64,000 nucleotides of DNA from Candidatus Uhrbacteria bacterium (GTDB taxonomy: Bacteria > Patescibacteriota > Patescibacteriia > UBA9934 > GWF2-40-263), in the NCBI GenBank assembly GCA_026395055.1, contig JAPLZK010000003.1, forward strand, positions 173,987 to 237,986, written 5' to 3'. Both the position numbers and the translations under genes were made by a program. Shown one piece after another: positions 9,868 through 19,981 of this stretch (its first letter is position 1; each line of letters opens with the position of its first letter). Under the pieces are notes generated by a model. That model worked only from the letters and a program-made list of their open reading frames with translations. It did no database searches and had not been told where the DNA came from.

Positions 9868-10820
9868 AGACACGCGTTGTCTATTTCGGTTCTCCGGAAT
9901 TATCGGTTCCTTTTTTATCCGCGCTCGTAAACGACACGGATTTTGATGTTGTAGCGGTTGTAACACAACCAGAGAAACCCGTTGGTCGAAAAGCGGTCAT
10001 GACAAAATCCGCCGTTCACGAATTCGCAATCACACATAATATTCCCGCACTTACTTACAAGTCATTACGATCGGATGAAGTTGTTACAGAACTCTCAAAG
10101 TTGGAGGCGGACATCTTTGTCGTGGTCGTCTACGGAAAGATTATTCCAAAGGCCGTTCTCGACATTCCAAAGTTTGGCTGCATCAACGTTCACCCATCAC
10201 TCCTTCCAAAGTACCGCGGTCCATCGCCATTTCAAGAAGCCATTCGTATGGGCGAGAACGTAACAGGTGTATCGATCATGCTTCTCGACGAAGGAATGGA
10301 TACGGGGCCCGTGCTTACAATGCATGAATTTCCAATTGATGAACGAGAGACCGGTGAAACGATTCAACCAAAAGTTGTTGCGATCGGCGTGCCGTTGCTT
10401 CTCGACGCACTCCGCAAATGGACAACGGCTGATCGTGTAGCAATTCCACAAGACGATGCGCTTGCAACCTATTCAAAAATGTTGTCGAAGGAAGATGGAA
10501 AGATCGATTGGTCTAAGTCCGCGCTCGAGATTGATCGTCAGGTGCGAGCATTTAAACCATGGCCAGGAACATATTTTATCTGGAACGAGGATGGAAAAGA
10601 TGTTCGTGTCGTTGTACACGAGACATTGCCACTCGAGAGTTCATCCGATCGAACTCCTGGAAGTGTCATCGAAGATACGGGCCGCATCATGATCGTTTGT
10701 GGAGACCATTCTCTTCTCGAACTTATTACAGTCCAACCGGAAGGCAAAAATAAAATGTCCTCGAACGAATATGTTCGAGGACATCAATCATTTTTAAAAA
10801 CAAACCTTATTTCGTCCTAG
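9864..10820 (+). CDS. fmt: Methionyl-tRNA formyltransferase
   Basis: Formyltransferase N-domain (NVHPSLLPKYRGPSP) plus C-terminal domain; ATGA overlap with def; conserved priA-def-fmt order. Confidence 0.9.
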   Translation: MKTRVVYFGSPELSVPFLSALVNDTDFDVVAVVTQPEKPVGRKAVMTKSAVHEFAITHNIPALTYKSLRSDEVVTELSKLEADIFVVVVYGKIIPKAVLDIPKFGCINVHPSLLPKYRGPSPFQEAIRMGENVTGVSIMLLDEGMDTGPVLTMHEFPIDERETGETIQPKVVAIGVPLLLDALRKWTTADRVAIPQDDALATYSKMLSKEDGKIDWSKSALEIDRQVRAFKPWPGTYFIWNEDGKDVRVVVHETLPLESSSDRTPGSVIEDTGRIMIVCGDHSLLELITVQPEGKNKMSSNEYVRGHQSFLKTNLISS

Positions 10821-12345
10821 AGGTAGCAATAGATGTCGCGAGTTCTGCTCGTGGCATTTTTTGTTTGGCGCGCACTCGAATGCGAAGTCCTGGCACTGAG
10901 ATGATTGGCACAAACACAATTGCGAGAAGAATGAGGCCAAGGCCGATTGGGTGGTTCAGATATGGTGAGAAGAAGTGTGTGAAATACAGAAACGTCATGA
11001 ACTCAAGGATCCAAATGCCAACCCACGCCTTATCCGATCGAAGCAGGCTCGAAGCGGCGTACGCGGTATAAGCGAAGACTGCGAGAAACCCAAGCGGTGC
11101 GAGGATTCCCATCTTGAGCCAAAGCTCAAGCCAACCCCATTCCATAGAGGTCGTTGTCCATGAACCGTCCGGATGGATGGCACGAATGCGTGGGTCATCT
11201 GTGATGAATGTCACGGTTTGACCAAACCCATTGCCGAGGATTGGATCCGCCTTGATGAGATCAAGCATTGGATGCAAAAGATTCCAACGACTTGAAACCG
11301 CAACATCTGTTCCAATCGCGCGTTCACCAAAGACACCCGTGAGATATTCACCGGCCGCTCGTGTGTGTGGAAATGGAAAAATAACGGTCGAGTAGATGAG
11401 CGCGATCGCAATCACAATCGAAGCAATGATGGATCCGATTCCGAGAAGCCAATTTCGCAATGATGTTTTGAGTCCGAATACAAGCCAGACCCCGAGAATC
11501 AACATGGCCGCAATGAATCCAAACAGAAAACTACGTGACATGCCGACGAGTATGGCAATGAATACAACCGACAGAAGCGCAATCGAAATGCAACGATCTT
11601 TTCGAGATTGCACCTGATACACACGTTCAAGCAAAATGAATCCAAAGACAACGGCGAAAACCTGTGTTTGTTCGAAAATCCGATACATCCCCATTCCAAT
11701 GTTTGTCATCTCAGCAAAACGGATATCGCGCAAATAAACGTACATGACACGCAGGAAGGATTGTGAAAGATGGGTGAAGGCGTAGAGAATGAAAAGCGAC
11801 ATTGCGGTTGTAAAGACAGTTGCGGCCGCGAGTATCTGGAGAACAACGCGTTGTTTCAAACTATCCCATTGGACGTTTATGATTGGAACAAGATACGCCA
11901 AATAAAGATATGCGTTACCATCTTGAAAAACTTCCATAGTTGATCGACGCGTGAGTCCGATCATTCCACCAACTCCGATCGCGAGTGCGAGCACAAGAAA
12001 TGGTACATATCGTGTATCTCGTAACTGAAGTGAGGTACGTCGAAGCAAGATTGCGAGTCCCCATCCGAGGAATAAGCCAAGGAAGATCGTCATGCGTGCG
12101 GAAATACGGACACTTCCGATCGAGTCGTACAAAATGTATCCATGTGCGTTTGAAAGGAGTTCGAGAAATGCGATCATGAGTCCATACTCAAGTTTTCGAA
12201 ACGTTGCGACAAGTGTCACGAGTCCGAGTAGGCCGAGAATGAATAGACTTGAGTGCAAGAAATATCCGACCATCGACAACAAGAACAATCCCGCGAAGCC
12301 GAGGAGTGCGAATCGAAACGGTTTTCCTAAAAATTCTTGGATCAT
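10807..12345 (-). CDS. O-antigen ligase/polymerase-like polytopic membrane protein (Wzy_C family)
   Basis: About 12 predicted TM helices and a large C-proximal periplasmic loop containing IHPDGSW...MEWGWLELWLKMG, resembling the O-antigen ligase signature. Confidence 0.5.
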   Translation of the reverse strand: MIQEFLGKPFRFALLGFAGLFLLSMVGYFLHSSLFILGLLGLVTLVATFRKLEYGLMIAFLELLSNAHGYILYDSIGSVRISARMTIFLGLFLGWGLAILLRRTSLQLRDTRYVPFLVLALAIGVGGMIGLTRRSTMEVFQDGNAYLYLAYLVPIINVQWDSLKQRVVLQILAAATVFTTAMSLFILYAFTHLSQSFLRVMYVYLRDIRFAEMTNIGMGMYRIFEQTQVFAVVFGFILLERVYQVQSRKDRCISIALLSVVFIAILVGMSRSFLFGFIAAMLILGVWLVFGLKTSLRNWLLGIGSIIASIVIAIALIYSTVIFPFPHTRAAGEYLTGVFGERAIGTDVAVSSRWNLLHPMLDLIKADPILGNGFGQTVTFITDDPRIRAIHPDGSWTTTSMEWGWLELWLKMGILAPLGFLAVFAYTAYAASSLLRSDKAWVGIWILEFMTFLYFTHFFSPYLNHPIGLGLILLAIVFVPIISVPGLRIRVRAKQKMPRAELATSIATSRTK

Positions 12346-13187
12346 ATTGGCTTGATGATTGCGGCGATGTAACCGAGTACCACGAAGACGGGATTCAGAA
12401 GCGTAAACAAGAGCCAGACACCAAAACCATAATGCTTTTTCATATAGCGACGCAGACTACGACGAACCATTTCTTGTTTACGATAGGTCGTCACGCGCTC
12501 AAAGCTACTTCCCTTCTTGTGCTTTGCGTGAATCTCGGCAAAGTATCGTACGCGATATCCTGCATCAATCGTGCGTCTTGCAAAGTCGACTTCTTCATAC
12601 CAAAGAAAAAATCCATCATCGAGGCCGGTCAGCTTCTCATACACATCACGACGAATGCAGAAGAACGCGCCCATAACTTGGTTCACATCTTGCGACTTCG
12701 TATAGTCGAAGTCGGCCATGCGCCATCGAGCCACGGATTTGATCGACGGAATAATGTGAGGAATCTTTGCAAGTAACATCAGCTGATCGATCGGCGTTGG
12801 AAATCTCCAAACACAGGCTTGTTGTGTACCGTCGAGGTTCTTGAGCGAGATTCCGCCGACACCGACATCCGGATTCTCGCGCATTGCCTTCTCAATTTGC
12901 ACGAGGGCATCATCAACGAAAATCACATCTGGATTCAATAGCAAAAGAAAATCCCCTGTCGCCGATTGCGCTCCAAGGTTGCATCCACCCGCGAATCCTA
13001 AATTCTTTTCACTAAAGATAAATTTTACCTGTGGAAACTTCGCTTGAAGCTTCGAAAGGTCATCACCGGACCCGTTCTCTACAACAATTACCTCAACACT
13101 TCCGATCGGATGAAACTCAAATAACGAGTCGAGAAGTGTCTCGAGATAATCAGCGGTCTTATAGTTCACGGTGATGGTTGAGATCAT
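12342..13187 (-). CDS. Glycosyltransferase family 2
   Basis: GT2 N-terminal fold (TVNYKTADYL...VVENGSGDD, DxD region). Confidence 0.8.
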   Translation of the reverse strand: MISTITVNYKTADYLETLLDSLFEFHPIGSVEVIVVENGSGDDLSKLQAKFPQVKFIFSEKNLGFAGGCNLGAQSATGDFLLLLNPDVIFVDDALVQIEKAMRENPDVGVGGISLKNLDGTQQACVWRFPTPIDQLMLLAKIPHIIPSIKSVARWRMADFDYTKSQDVNQVMGAFFCIRRDVYEKLTGLDDGFFLWYEEVDFARRTIDAGYRVRYFAEIHAKHKKGSSFERVTTYRKQEMVRRSLRRYMKKHYGFGVWLLFTLLNPVFVVLGYIAAIIKPI

Positions 13188-13894
13188 ACAAGGTGGTGTT
13201 TCTCCAAAATAATCTTTTTTGCCTCGCGATATTTCTGTACACGCTTTGGCATCCAGCCGATGTATTTCCAGGGAAATCGAATAATGAGCGATGGTAACCA
13301 GTTAGACATCCGTTCTGGGCGATCTTCTTGAATCACAAGAAATAAACTCTTATCGATATAAGCTCCATTCGATCCTTGTTCGAGCATGGTGAGCCAAAGA
13401 TCCCAATCTTGAAAACGCTTAAGAGATGTGTCGAATTTTGGAAACTTCTCGCGACGGATAAGCGCCGACGTGTGAATGTAGTTCATTTGTTTGAGTCGAG
13501 CAGCATCGAATGGAAATGATGTAAACGTTTTCCATCCCCACTCAAATCCAGAGTACGCATAGGACGCATCAGGATGCGTTTTAAGCGCCTGTTCCAGTTC
13601 CGCGAGCATCTCAGGTCTCATTTCAACATCTGCATCGCAAAACAGCACAAGATCACCAACAGATTTTTCAAATCCATGATTGCGAGCCGCAGGTGCACCC
13701 TGATTTGTTTGCACTAGAACCTGCACACGGTCGCGATACGGTTTCAAAACCGCTTGCGTGGTATCCGTCGAACCGTCATCAACCACAATAATTTCATCTG
13801 CCGGTCGAGATTGCGCAAAAATCGAATCAAGGCATCGAACCAGTGTCGAGGCGTGTTGGTATGTTGGGATGACGATTGAGATACGTTCACTCAT
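13184..13894 (-). CDS. Glycosyltransferase family 2
   Basis: SIVIPTYQ...IIVVDDGSTD...CDADV motifs. Confidence 0.85.
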   Translation of the reverse strand: MSERISIVIPTYQHASTLVRCLDSIFAQSRPADEIIVVDDGSTDTTQAVLKPYRDRVQVLVQTNQGAPAARNHGFEKSVGDLVLFCDADVEMRPEMLAELEQALKTHPDASYAYSGFEWGWKTFTSFPFDAARLKQMNYIHTSALIRREKFPKFDTSLKRFQDWDLWLTMLEQGSNGAYIDKSLFLVIQEDRPERMSNWLPSLIIRFPWKYIGWMPKRVQKYREAKKIILEKHHLV

Positions 13895-14979
13895 ACAAGG
13901 TACGGTTCCAGTTTTGAAAACTGTGCGGCTGGCGTGAACTCTGTTGTCACACGCATTCGTGCCGCGTTCCCGAGCTGTTCTCGAAGTAATACGTCATTTG
14001 CAAGCGAAAGAATCGCCCCGGCGAGAGCTTCAATATTTCCATCTTCAACCAGTAGACCAGTTTCTTGATCAAGCACGGCTTCATCGACACCACTCATTCT
14101 GGTTGCAATTGAAGGCACTCCGTACGCAGCCGCTTCGAGATATACCATGCCAAATCCTTCCTTATCGATAGGATCATTTTTTACGGGTAACACAAACACA
14201 TCTGCATCACTGTAAACCGTTCGAAGTTCTTCATCAGATACATCCCCTTTAAACACAACACTAGACCCAAGATCAAGTTCAATCGCCAATGTCTCCAGCG
14301 CTTGTCGCATAGGACCACCCCCAACAATCGTGTAGCGAAACGTGGAAAGTGATCCATTCATCTTTAAAAGCGCGAGCGCCTGCAAGACACGCTCATGTCC
14401 TTTTCGATCAACGAGTCGACTAACACTCAATAATCTAAATACCAAAGATGCAACATTCGTTGCGCTCGACACAAACTTCGGATCCACACATGGGTAGATG
14501 GTCAGAATATTCTTCAATCCAAATTCCTGTTGAAGTTCTTGCGCAAGAGCGTTTGAATTTGCAATGACGAGATATGCATTCGAGAGAACACGAGACGTGA
14601 GTGACTTCTTTGATCTGAGAGCTAGACGGACGTCCATTCCGTGCGTGATAACAATGTAGGGTTTTTTTGTAAACCATTTTGCAACCATTGCTGCCGTTCC
14701 AAACGGAATCACGTGGCTTGTAATAACACAGCGATACGATTTGGCTTCTCGAACAAGAAGTAAAACGGAAGTGATCCATTTCGGCCAGATATACTTTGAT
14801 AAAAGCGGTTTGCGATCGAGTGGGTACGTTACAGCAACTTCGGTAGCATTCTCGAGAGGCGAAGCAATAACACGAACACGCTGTGAGAAATATTCCGCGA
14901 ACAAACCTAAATAGCGCGCAACACCGCCGCGGCTAGGAAGAAAATCTGGAGTGATAAGAAGAAGATCTTTTTCGATCAT
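13891..14979 (-). CDS. Glycosyltransferase family 4
   Basis: GT4 C-terminal signature EGFGMVYLEAAAYGVPSIAT. The start was moved to MIEKDLLLITP at 14979, giving an ATGA overlap with the upstream flippase stop. Confidence 0.8.
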   Translation of the reverse strand: MIEKDLLLITPDFLPSRGGVARYLGLFAEYFSQRVRVIASPLENATEVAVTYPLDRKPLLSKYIWPKWITSVLLLVREAKSYRCVITSHVIPFGTAAMVAKWFTKKPYIVITHGMDVRLALRSKKSLTSRVLSNAYLVIANSNALAQELQQEFGLKNILTIYPCVDPKFVSSATNVASLVFRLLSVSRLVDRKGHERVLQALALLKMNGSLSTFRYTIVGGGPMRQALETLAIELDLGSSVVFKGDVSDEELRTVYSDADVFVLPVKNDPIDKEGFGMVYLEAAAYGVPSIATRMSGVDEAVLDQETGLLVEDGNIEALAGAILSLANDVLLREQLGNAARMRVTTEFTPAAQFSKLEPYLV

Positions 14980-16424
14980 ACAAGCGGAGCGGACTTTCTG
15001 AAAAGAGATCGTAAACCTACAACATCTTGTTTTGTAACGGAACGTGTCAATAATAACGCCCCTACGTAAACAAGAGCTGCGCACGGAATAACCAACATCC
15101 AATGCAACCAAATTTTAAGAATGAGTCCAACACCTAACATGGCAAGTCCGCTTACAATGGTGCCACATGTTCTAAGCACAAACGCACGATTTAAAAATTG
15201 TGGAAGAAATTTTGAAACAATGAAAAGTTCTGCAAGAATCATGATGGTATAACTCATGAGAGATCCAATGACAGCACCGAGTAGTCCGAGACGTGAAATA
15301 AGAAACAAATCAATGATCGCATTTACCACCATTGCAAGCCCCATGATTTTCATACGTGTCGCCTGACGATCAGAAGCATTGAGAAGTGCACCGAATGGAA
15401 TTTCAAGAAAAGATGGAAAGAGAACGAAAATGAGTGTACGGAGAACAACAGCAGATTCGGAATACTCACGTCCTGGTAGCCGAATCATTTCTGGAGCAAT
15501 AAGCCACACACCAAAGACAATAGGAGTTGCGATAAGCAAAATATACCAAATAGCGCGATCAAACGTATGGGCTGTTGCTTGCTTGTCGTTTTCAATGGTT
15601 GCACTAAGACTTGGATAAAGAGCAGCAGAAAACGCAAGCGGAAGGAATTGAAATGCGTAGGTAAACTTATACGCAACAGAATAAATTCCAACAGCCGTTG
15701 TACTCATGAGTTTTGAAATCAAGACAATGTCTAATGAGCTATAAATTTTTGTGAAAATTCCTGTGAGGGCGAATGGGATCATGATTTTCATCATGTTCCA
15801 TTGTGCGTGCTTATCCCAGGATGGAACCAAAAGACGCCATCCATATAAACGAATAACTTGTGAGGAGGAAATGAGAAGACCCGAGAAACTTCCGCAAAAC
15901 AATGCAAGAATGAGAAAACGAACATCAGGGTGCAAGATAAGTGACAAGCTTCCAATAAGAACCGTTATGCATTGCCCTATAAACATCCCTACTGCCTCGT
16001 ATCGCAATTTCTGTGAACCTCGCAACACGCCATAGCAAACAAGTGCGAGAGCATCTGTTGTCATGACAACGGTTGTAATCAAGATAAACTCTGTAATTTC
16101 TTTTCCGTATCCGAAAAATGGCGTTGCAATGAAAACAAGAATAACCGTCAAAAGGATCAGGGTTAGCTTTAATCCAACCGCTCGACGTGTCGCAACCTCT
16201 CGATTCTCGGGATGCTTTGCAACCTCTCTGATTAAAATAGACGTAAGTCCTAGATCTGTAAAAACAGAAAAGGCTGTGACAATGGAAGTCGCCAAAAAAA
16301 ACATTCCTGTTCGCTCTGGCATCATGATGCGCGCCAGAAACAAAAAATAGACAAACGCAATAAGCTTTTGTCCAACGGAAGCCATGGTCATGAACGCCGT
16401 ATTTTTTGCGAGATGCTGTGACAT
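14976..16424 (-). CDS. Oligosaccharide flippase (Wzx / MOP superfamily polysaccharide biosynthesis protein)
   Basis: About 14 TM helices with a typical Wzx-like N-terminus; the start was moved to MSQHLAKNTAF at 16424. Confidence 0.7.
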   Translation of the reverse strand: MSQHLAKNTAFMTMASVGQKLIAFVYFLFLARIMMPERTGMFFLATSIVTAFSVFTDLGLTSILIREVAKHPENREVATRRAVGLKLTLILLTVILVFIATPFFGYGKEITEFILITTVVMTTDALALVCYGVLRGSQKLRYEAVGMFIGQCITVLIGSLSLILHPDVRFLILALFCGSFSGLLISSSQVIRLYGWRLLVPSWDKHAQWNMMKIMIPFALTGIFTKIYSSLDIVLISKLMSTTAVGIYSVAYKFTYAFQFLPLAFSAALYPSLSATIENDKQATAHTFDRAIWYILLIATPIVFGVWLIAPEMIRLPGREYSESAVVLRTLIFVLFPSFLEIPFGALLNASDRQATRMKIMGLAMVVNAIIDLFLISRLGLLGAVIGSLMSYTIMILAELFIVSKFLPQFLNRAFVLRTCGTIVSGLAMLGVGLILKIWLHWMLVIPCAALVYVGALLLTRSVTKQDVVGLRSLFRKSAPLV

Positions 16425-16460
16425 GTAAGGACAAGGATAGCAAAAAATGACCCGAATGTA

Positions 16461-16497
16461 AAACAAAAAAATACCTGCACAAGGCAGGTATTTTTTC
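16461..16497 (-). terminator. Rho-independent terminator downstream of rpsI on the minus strand (stem TACCTGC/GCAGGTA followed by a U-run)
   Basis: Hairpin at 16472..16490 flanked by an A7 run on the + strand, which is a U-run on the minus strand. Confidence 0.6.
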
Positions 16498-16901
16498 TAA
16501 CGCTTTGACCATTGTGGGGAGCGTCGAGCGGACTTTTTTCCGAATTTTTTACGTTCACGGATGCGAGCATCACGTGTCATCATTCCTTGTTTTTTCAAAA
16601 CGGTTTTGTATTCTGGGTTGAAATCAACGAGGGCACGAGCAATTCCAAGGCGGATACTGTCCGCTTGTCCTGCTTGTCCTCCACCCTTTACAACAACCTG
16701 TACATCAAACATGTTTTCTGTTCCCGTAAGAACAAGAGGAGATTTGACGGTTTGGTGTTGAAACGTTGTTGGCAAATACTTTTCGAGCTCACGGTCATTA
16801 ATGGTGATCTTTCCAGATCCATTATGGTGAAGGCGAACTTGTGCAACCGCACATTTGCGTCGTCCAACGGCTCCAATATATTTTGTTGCTAATTCAGTCA
16901 T
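16497..16901 (-). CDS. rpsI: 30S ribosomal protein S9
   Basis: GGGQAGQADSIRLGIARAL ... C-terminal RRSPQWSKR. Confidence 0.95.
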   Translation of the reverse strand: MTELATKYIGAVGRRKCAVAQVRLHHNGSGKITINDRELEKYLPTTFQHQTVKSPLVLTGTENMFDVQVVVKGGGQAGQADSIRLGIARALVDFNPEYKTVLKKQGMMTRDARIRERKKFGKKSARRSPQWSKR

Positions 16902-16902
16902 A

Positions 16903-17265
16903 TTAGTTCTTGACGACGAGGCGCTTCAAGCGTTCGTTGCGATGTGAGTTCTTTGGCAACATACGTGATACCGCACGAACCAATACGTCACCTGGATTAT
17001 CTGCCCATACTTTTTTCATGGACGTTGTGCGCAATCCGCTTGCGTACGCTGTGTGACGGAAGTATTCTTTCTGTTCTAAGCGCTTTCCGATGATGTTCAT
17101 CTTTGAAGCATTGATCACTTGAACATGATCACCACCATCTACGTTTGGGACGAACGTAGCTTTTCCTTTTCCCATCAAAAAGCCTACGACTTGTGTTGCA
17201 AGACGTCCTGGGCTTTTTCCATCCGCATCGATGGTGTGAATATTGCGATCAAGTTCTTTTTGCAT
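16903..17265 (-). CDS. rplM: 50S ribosomal protein L13
   Basis: GRLATQVVGFL and GDHVQVINASK motifs. The start was moved to MQKELDRNIHTIDADGKSPGRLAT at 17265 to remove the overlap with rplQ. Confidence 0.85.
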   Translation of the reverse strand: MQKELDRNIHTIDADGKSPGRLATQVVGFLMGKGKATFVPNVDGGDHVQVINASKMNIIGKRLEQKEYFRHTAYASGLRTTSMKKVWADNPGDVLVRAVSRMLPKNSHRNERLKRLVVKN

Positions 17266-17266
17266 A

Positions 17267-17617
17267 TTAGACAAGTTCAATTTGTACGACAGGAGCGCCG
17301 TCACCTTTGCGTGTTCCCATTTTGATGATACGTGTGTATCCGCCATTTCGATCCATATAACGCGGACCGAGGACATCCAAAATTTTGTTTACAGGACTTT
17401 CAGAAGCAAAACGCTTCATCAAATTTCTGCGCGTTGCAAGGGTTGCTTTCTTTCCATCCGTGATGGATCGTTCTACGAGAGAACGGACAACTTTCGCCTT
17501 TGTCTCGGTTGTTTTTACTTTTTCGTGCAAAATAATACTCGCCGCCAAGCTTGTAAGCATAGCGATTCTAGAAGAAGTTCTTCGACCGAGAGTTTTTGTG
17601 GCGTTGCGATGGCGCAT
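17267..17617 (-). CDS. rplQ: 50S ribosomal protein L17
   Basis: MRHRNATKTLGRRTSSR... Confidence 0.95.
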   Translation of the reverse strand: MRHRNATKTLGRRTSSRIAMLTSLAASIILHEKVKTTETKAKVVRSLVERSITDGKKATLATRRNLMKRFASESPVNKILDVLGPRYMDRNGGYTRIIKMGTRKGDGAPVVQIELV

Positions 17618-17631
17618 ATACGTAAACCGGA

Positions 17632-18351
17632 TTATGAAGCATCTGATTCAGATGTCACTTCCGTTTGTGTGTTGAGAAGGATTGAGAAATAATCGATAAG
17701 AGTTTTTGCAGATTGCTCTACAGCAACTTCTGGAGTAACGGTTCCGTCTGTTTCAATGTTCATGATGAGCTTATCATAGTTTGTGATATCGCCCACACGT
17801 GTATTGACCACATGGTAACCAACGTTTCTAACGGGAGAAAACAGGGCGTCAATGGCAATGGTGCCAAGATCATGTGTTTCTCCTGCGCGTTCCTCTGTTG
17901 TGGAATAACCACGCCCTTTACGAACGGTGAGTTCCATCTCAAAGGTTGCTTTTGCTTCTGTAAGATGAGCGATCACGAGGTCTGGGTTCATGATTTCAAC
18001 ATCTGCATTTGGAGCAATGTCTCCCGCTGTGATGGTTTTTAACCCGCTCACACTCAACTTGAGTGTGACAGGTTCATCAGAAAAAACTTTGAGACGAAGG
18101 GTCTTGAGGTTTAAAATGATCTCAAGAGCGTCCTCTTTCACGTTTTCAATTGCTTGAAATTCGTGCGTGACACCTTTCATCTTAACGGCTGTAACCGCAG
18201 CTCCCGGCAAAGATGAGAGCAACACGCGACGCAATGCGTTTCCGAGTGTTGTTCCATAGCCGTAAAAGCATGGTTCTACAACCAAAACGCCTTCGTTTGG
18301 TCGTTCGCCCTTTTCGAACGAAATTTTTGATGGAAGAAGAATGTTCTCCAT
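17632..18351 (-). CDS. rpoA: DNA-directed RNA polymerase subunit alpha, N-terminal domain only (no alpha-CTD)
   Basis: Strong alpha-NTD match (GTTLGNALRRVLLSSLPGAAVT). At 239 aa it ends where the alpha-NTD ends in E. coli, and only 14 nt separate it from rplQ. Confidence 0.9.
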   Translation of the reverse strand: MENILLPSKISFEKGERPNEGVLVVEPCFYGYGTTLGNALRRVLLSSLPGAAVTAVKMKGVTHEFQAIENVKEDALEIILNLKTLRLKVFSDEPVTLKLSVSGLKTITAGDIAPNADVEIMNPDLVIAHLTEAKATFEMELTVRKGRGYSTTEERAGETHDLGTIAIDALFSPVRNVGYHVVNTRVGDITNYDKLIMNIETDGTVTPEVAVEQSAKTLIDYFSILLNTQTEVTSESDAS

Positions 18352-18372
18352 ACGACGATCCTCCTTAGTGAT

Positions 18373-18984
18373 TTATCGAGAGTAAAATTCGACGATCAGC
18401 CGTGGGTCAAAGAGCTTTTCAACATCATCCATGGTTGGCTCTCCTGTTACCTTACCCTTCAGTGCGGCTGCGTCAGCATTCAACCATTTTGGAACTTGAT
18501 TTTCCTTTTTCAATTCCCCAATAGCTTTTACGATGCCTTTTTCCTTTTTATTTTCCTTTACGGAAATAACGTCACCAACTTTTATCTGATAAGAAGGAAT
18601 ATCAACCAGCTTGTCATTCACGAGAACAAATCCGTGTCCAACGATTTGACGTGCTTGTTTACGAGTTTTTGCAAACCCGAGACGATAGATCACGTTATCA
18701 AGACGTTGTTCCAGCAATTGAATCATGAATTCAGAAGTGTTTCCTTTATGTTGAGAGGCTTTCTCAAAACATTTTCGGAATTGCTTTTCCAAAAGTCCGT
18801 AAACGGCTTTTGCTTTCTGTTTTTCAAGTAATTGCTCTCCGTATCCAGAAATGCGGCGATGGTTCCCTTGTTTAGGACCATGCACACCTGGTGGGTATGG
18901 GCGTCGGCGGACGTACTTTTCTTTGCCGAGCACAATCCCGAGGCGTCGGGAGAGTTTTACGATGGGAGTTTGATTTTTTGCCAT
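18373..18984 (-). CDS. rpsD: 30S ribosomal protein S4
   Basis: MAKNQTPIVKLSRRLG... and an S4 RNA-binding domain. Confidence 0.95.
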   Translation of the reverse strand: MAKNQTPIVKLSRRLGIVLGKEKYVRRRPYPPGVHGPKQGNHRRISGYGEQLLEKQKAKAVYGLLEKQFRKCFEKASQHKGNTSEFMIQLLEQRLDNVIYRLGFAKTRKQARQIVGHGFVLVNDKLVDIPSYQIKVGDVISVKENKKEKGIVKAIGELKKENQVPKWLNADAAALKGKVTGEPTMDDVEKLFDPRLIVEFYSR

Positions 18985-18987
18985 AAA

Positions 18988-19383
18988 CTAGACACGACGT
19001 GGTTTACGTGGACGACAACCATTATGAGGAAGCGGTGTTAAATCTTTGATAGAAAGGACCTGGAATCCATTTGCGTTTAATGCGCGCACAGCAGAATCGC
19101 GACCTGCACCAACACCCTTTACGAACACATTGATTTCTTTGAGACCAATTTCTTTCACACGGTCAGCAGCAGCTTTGACGATCATTCCCGCTGCGTACGG
19201 TGTAGCTTTCTTTGGTCCTTTGAATCCACAGTTTCCTGCACTGGACCACGCAAGTGTGTTTCCGTTCAGGTCTGTAAGAGTAACAATGGTGTTGTTATAG
19301 GTTGCCTGAACATACGCGTTACCTTGCGCAACGGATTTCACGACTTTCTTTTTCTTTGATTTTGTTTGGGTTACAGCAGCCAT
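18988..19383 (-). CDS. rpsK: 30S ribosomal protein S11
   Basis: NTIVTLTDLNGNTLAWSSAG ... GFKGPKKATPYAA. Confidence 0.95.
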   Translation of the reverse strand: MAAVTQTKSKKKKVVKSVAQGNAYVQATYNNTIVTLTDLNGNTLAWSSAGNCGFKGPKKATPYAAGMIVKAAADRVKEIGLKEINVFVKGVGAGRDSAVRALNANGFQVLSIKDLTPLPHNGCRPRKPRRV

Positions 19384-19384
19384 A

Positions 19385-19771
19385 TTATGTCTTGGTCAAC
19401 GCGCGACGACCACTTCCTGTGGTCTTTCTCACGTTGCCTCGAATGGTTCGTGAATTTGTTTTAGTTCTCTGGCCACGTGCTGGCAAGTGTTTTGCGTGAC
19501 GTGTTCCGCGGTATGCTCCGATTTCTTTCAAACGCTTAACGCTAGAGAGAACATCTCGACGCAAGTCTCCTTCCAATCTACGTCCTTTTTCTACGAGGTC
19601 GCGGATGGATTTAACTTGGTCTTCTGTTAAATCTTTTGTTTTGATATCCCCTTTCACATCTGCTTGCTTTAAGATACTAGCAGCCGTTGTTGGACCCACC
19701 CCATAAATATAGGTAAGGGCGATGCGGATATGTTTGTTGAGTGGAAGATTCACTCCAGCGATACGTGCCAT
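19385..19771 (-). CDS. rpsM: 30S ribosomal protein S13
   Basis: MARIAGVNLPLNKHIRIALTYIYGVG. Confidence 0.95.
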   Translation of the reverse strand: MARIAGVNLPLNKHIRIALTYIYGVGPTTAASILKQADVKGDIKTKDLTEDQVKSIRDLVEKGRRLEGDLRRDVLSSVKRLKEIGAYRGTRHAKHLPARGQRTKTNSRTIRGNVRKTTGSGRRALTKT

Positions 19772-19821
19772 AAGAAATGTAGTAAGTAGAAATAAGGAGA
19801 GAGGGTTAAACCAATCAACTC

Positions 19822-19935
19822 TTACCCTTGACGTTGTTTATGTTTAGGATTTTTACAAATGACAACCACACGTCCTTTTCGGCGTGTGACACTGCAATCT
19901 TTACAAATTTTTTTTGCGGATGCTCGAACTTTCAT
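19822..19935 (-). CDS. rpmJ: 50S ribosomal protein L36
   Basis: Hand translation gives [37 protein letters not shown] (37 aa). It is below the 60-aa ORF-track cutoff and sits in the conserved position between infA and rpsM. Confidence 0.85.
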   Translation of the reverse strand: MKVRASAKKICKDCSVTRRKGRVVVICKNPKHKQRQG

Positions 19936-19981
19936 AATCTATAAACTTCACCGATGTTGCTCGATGAAGTTTGGAATCTTA

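Noticed and set aside
15925-16512. 195-aa minus strand ORF overlapping the Wzx flippase in another frame and extending across the rpsI terminator
   Set aside because: It conflicts with the flippase reading frame and with the terminator hairpin, and has no protein-like features.
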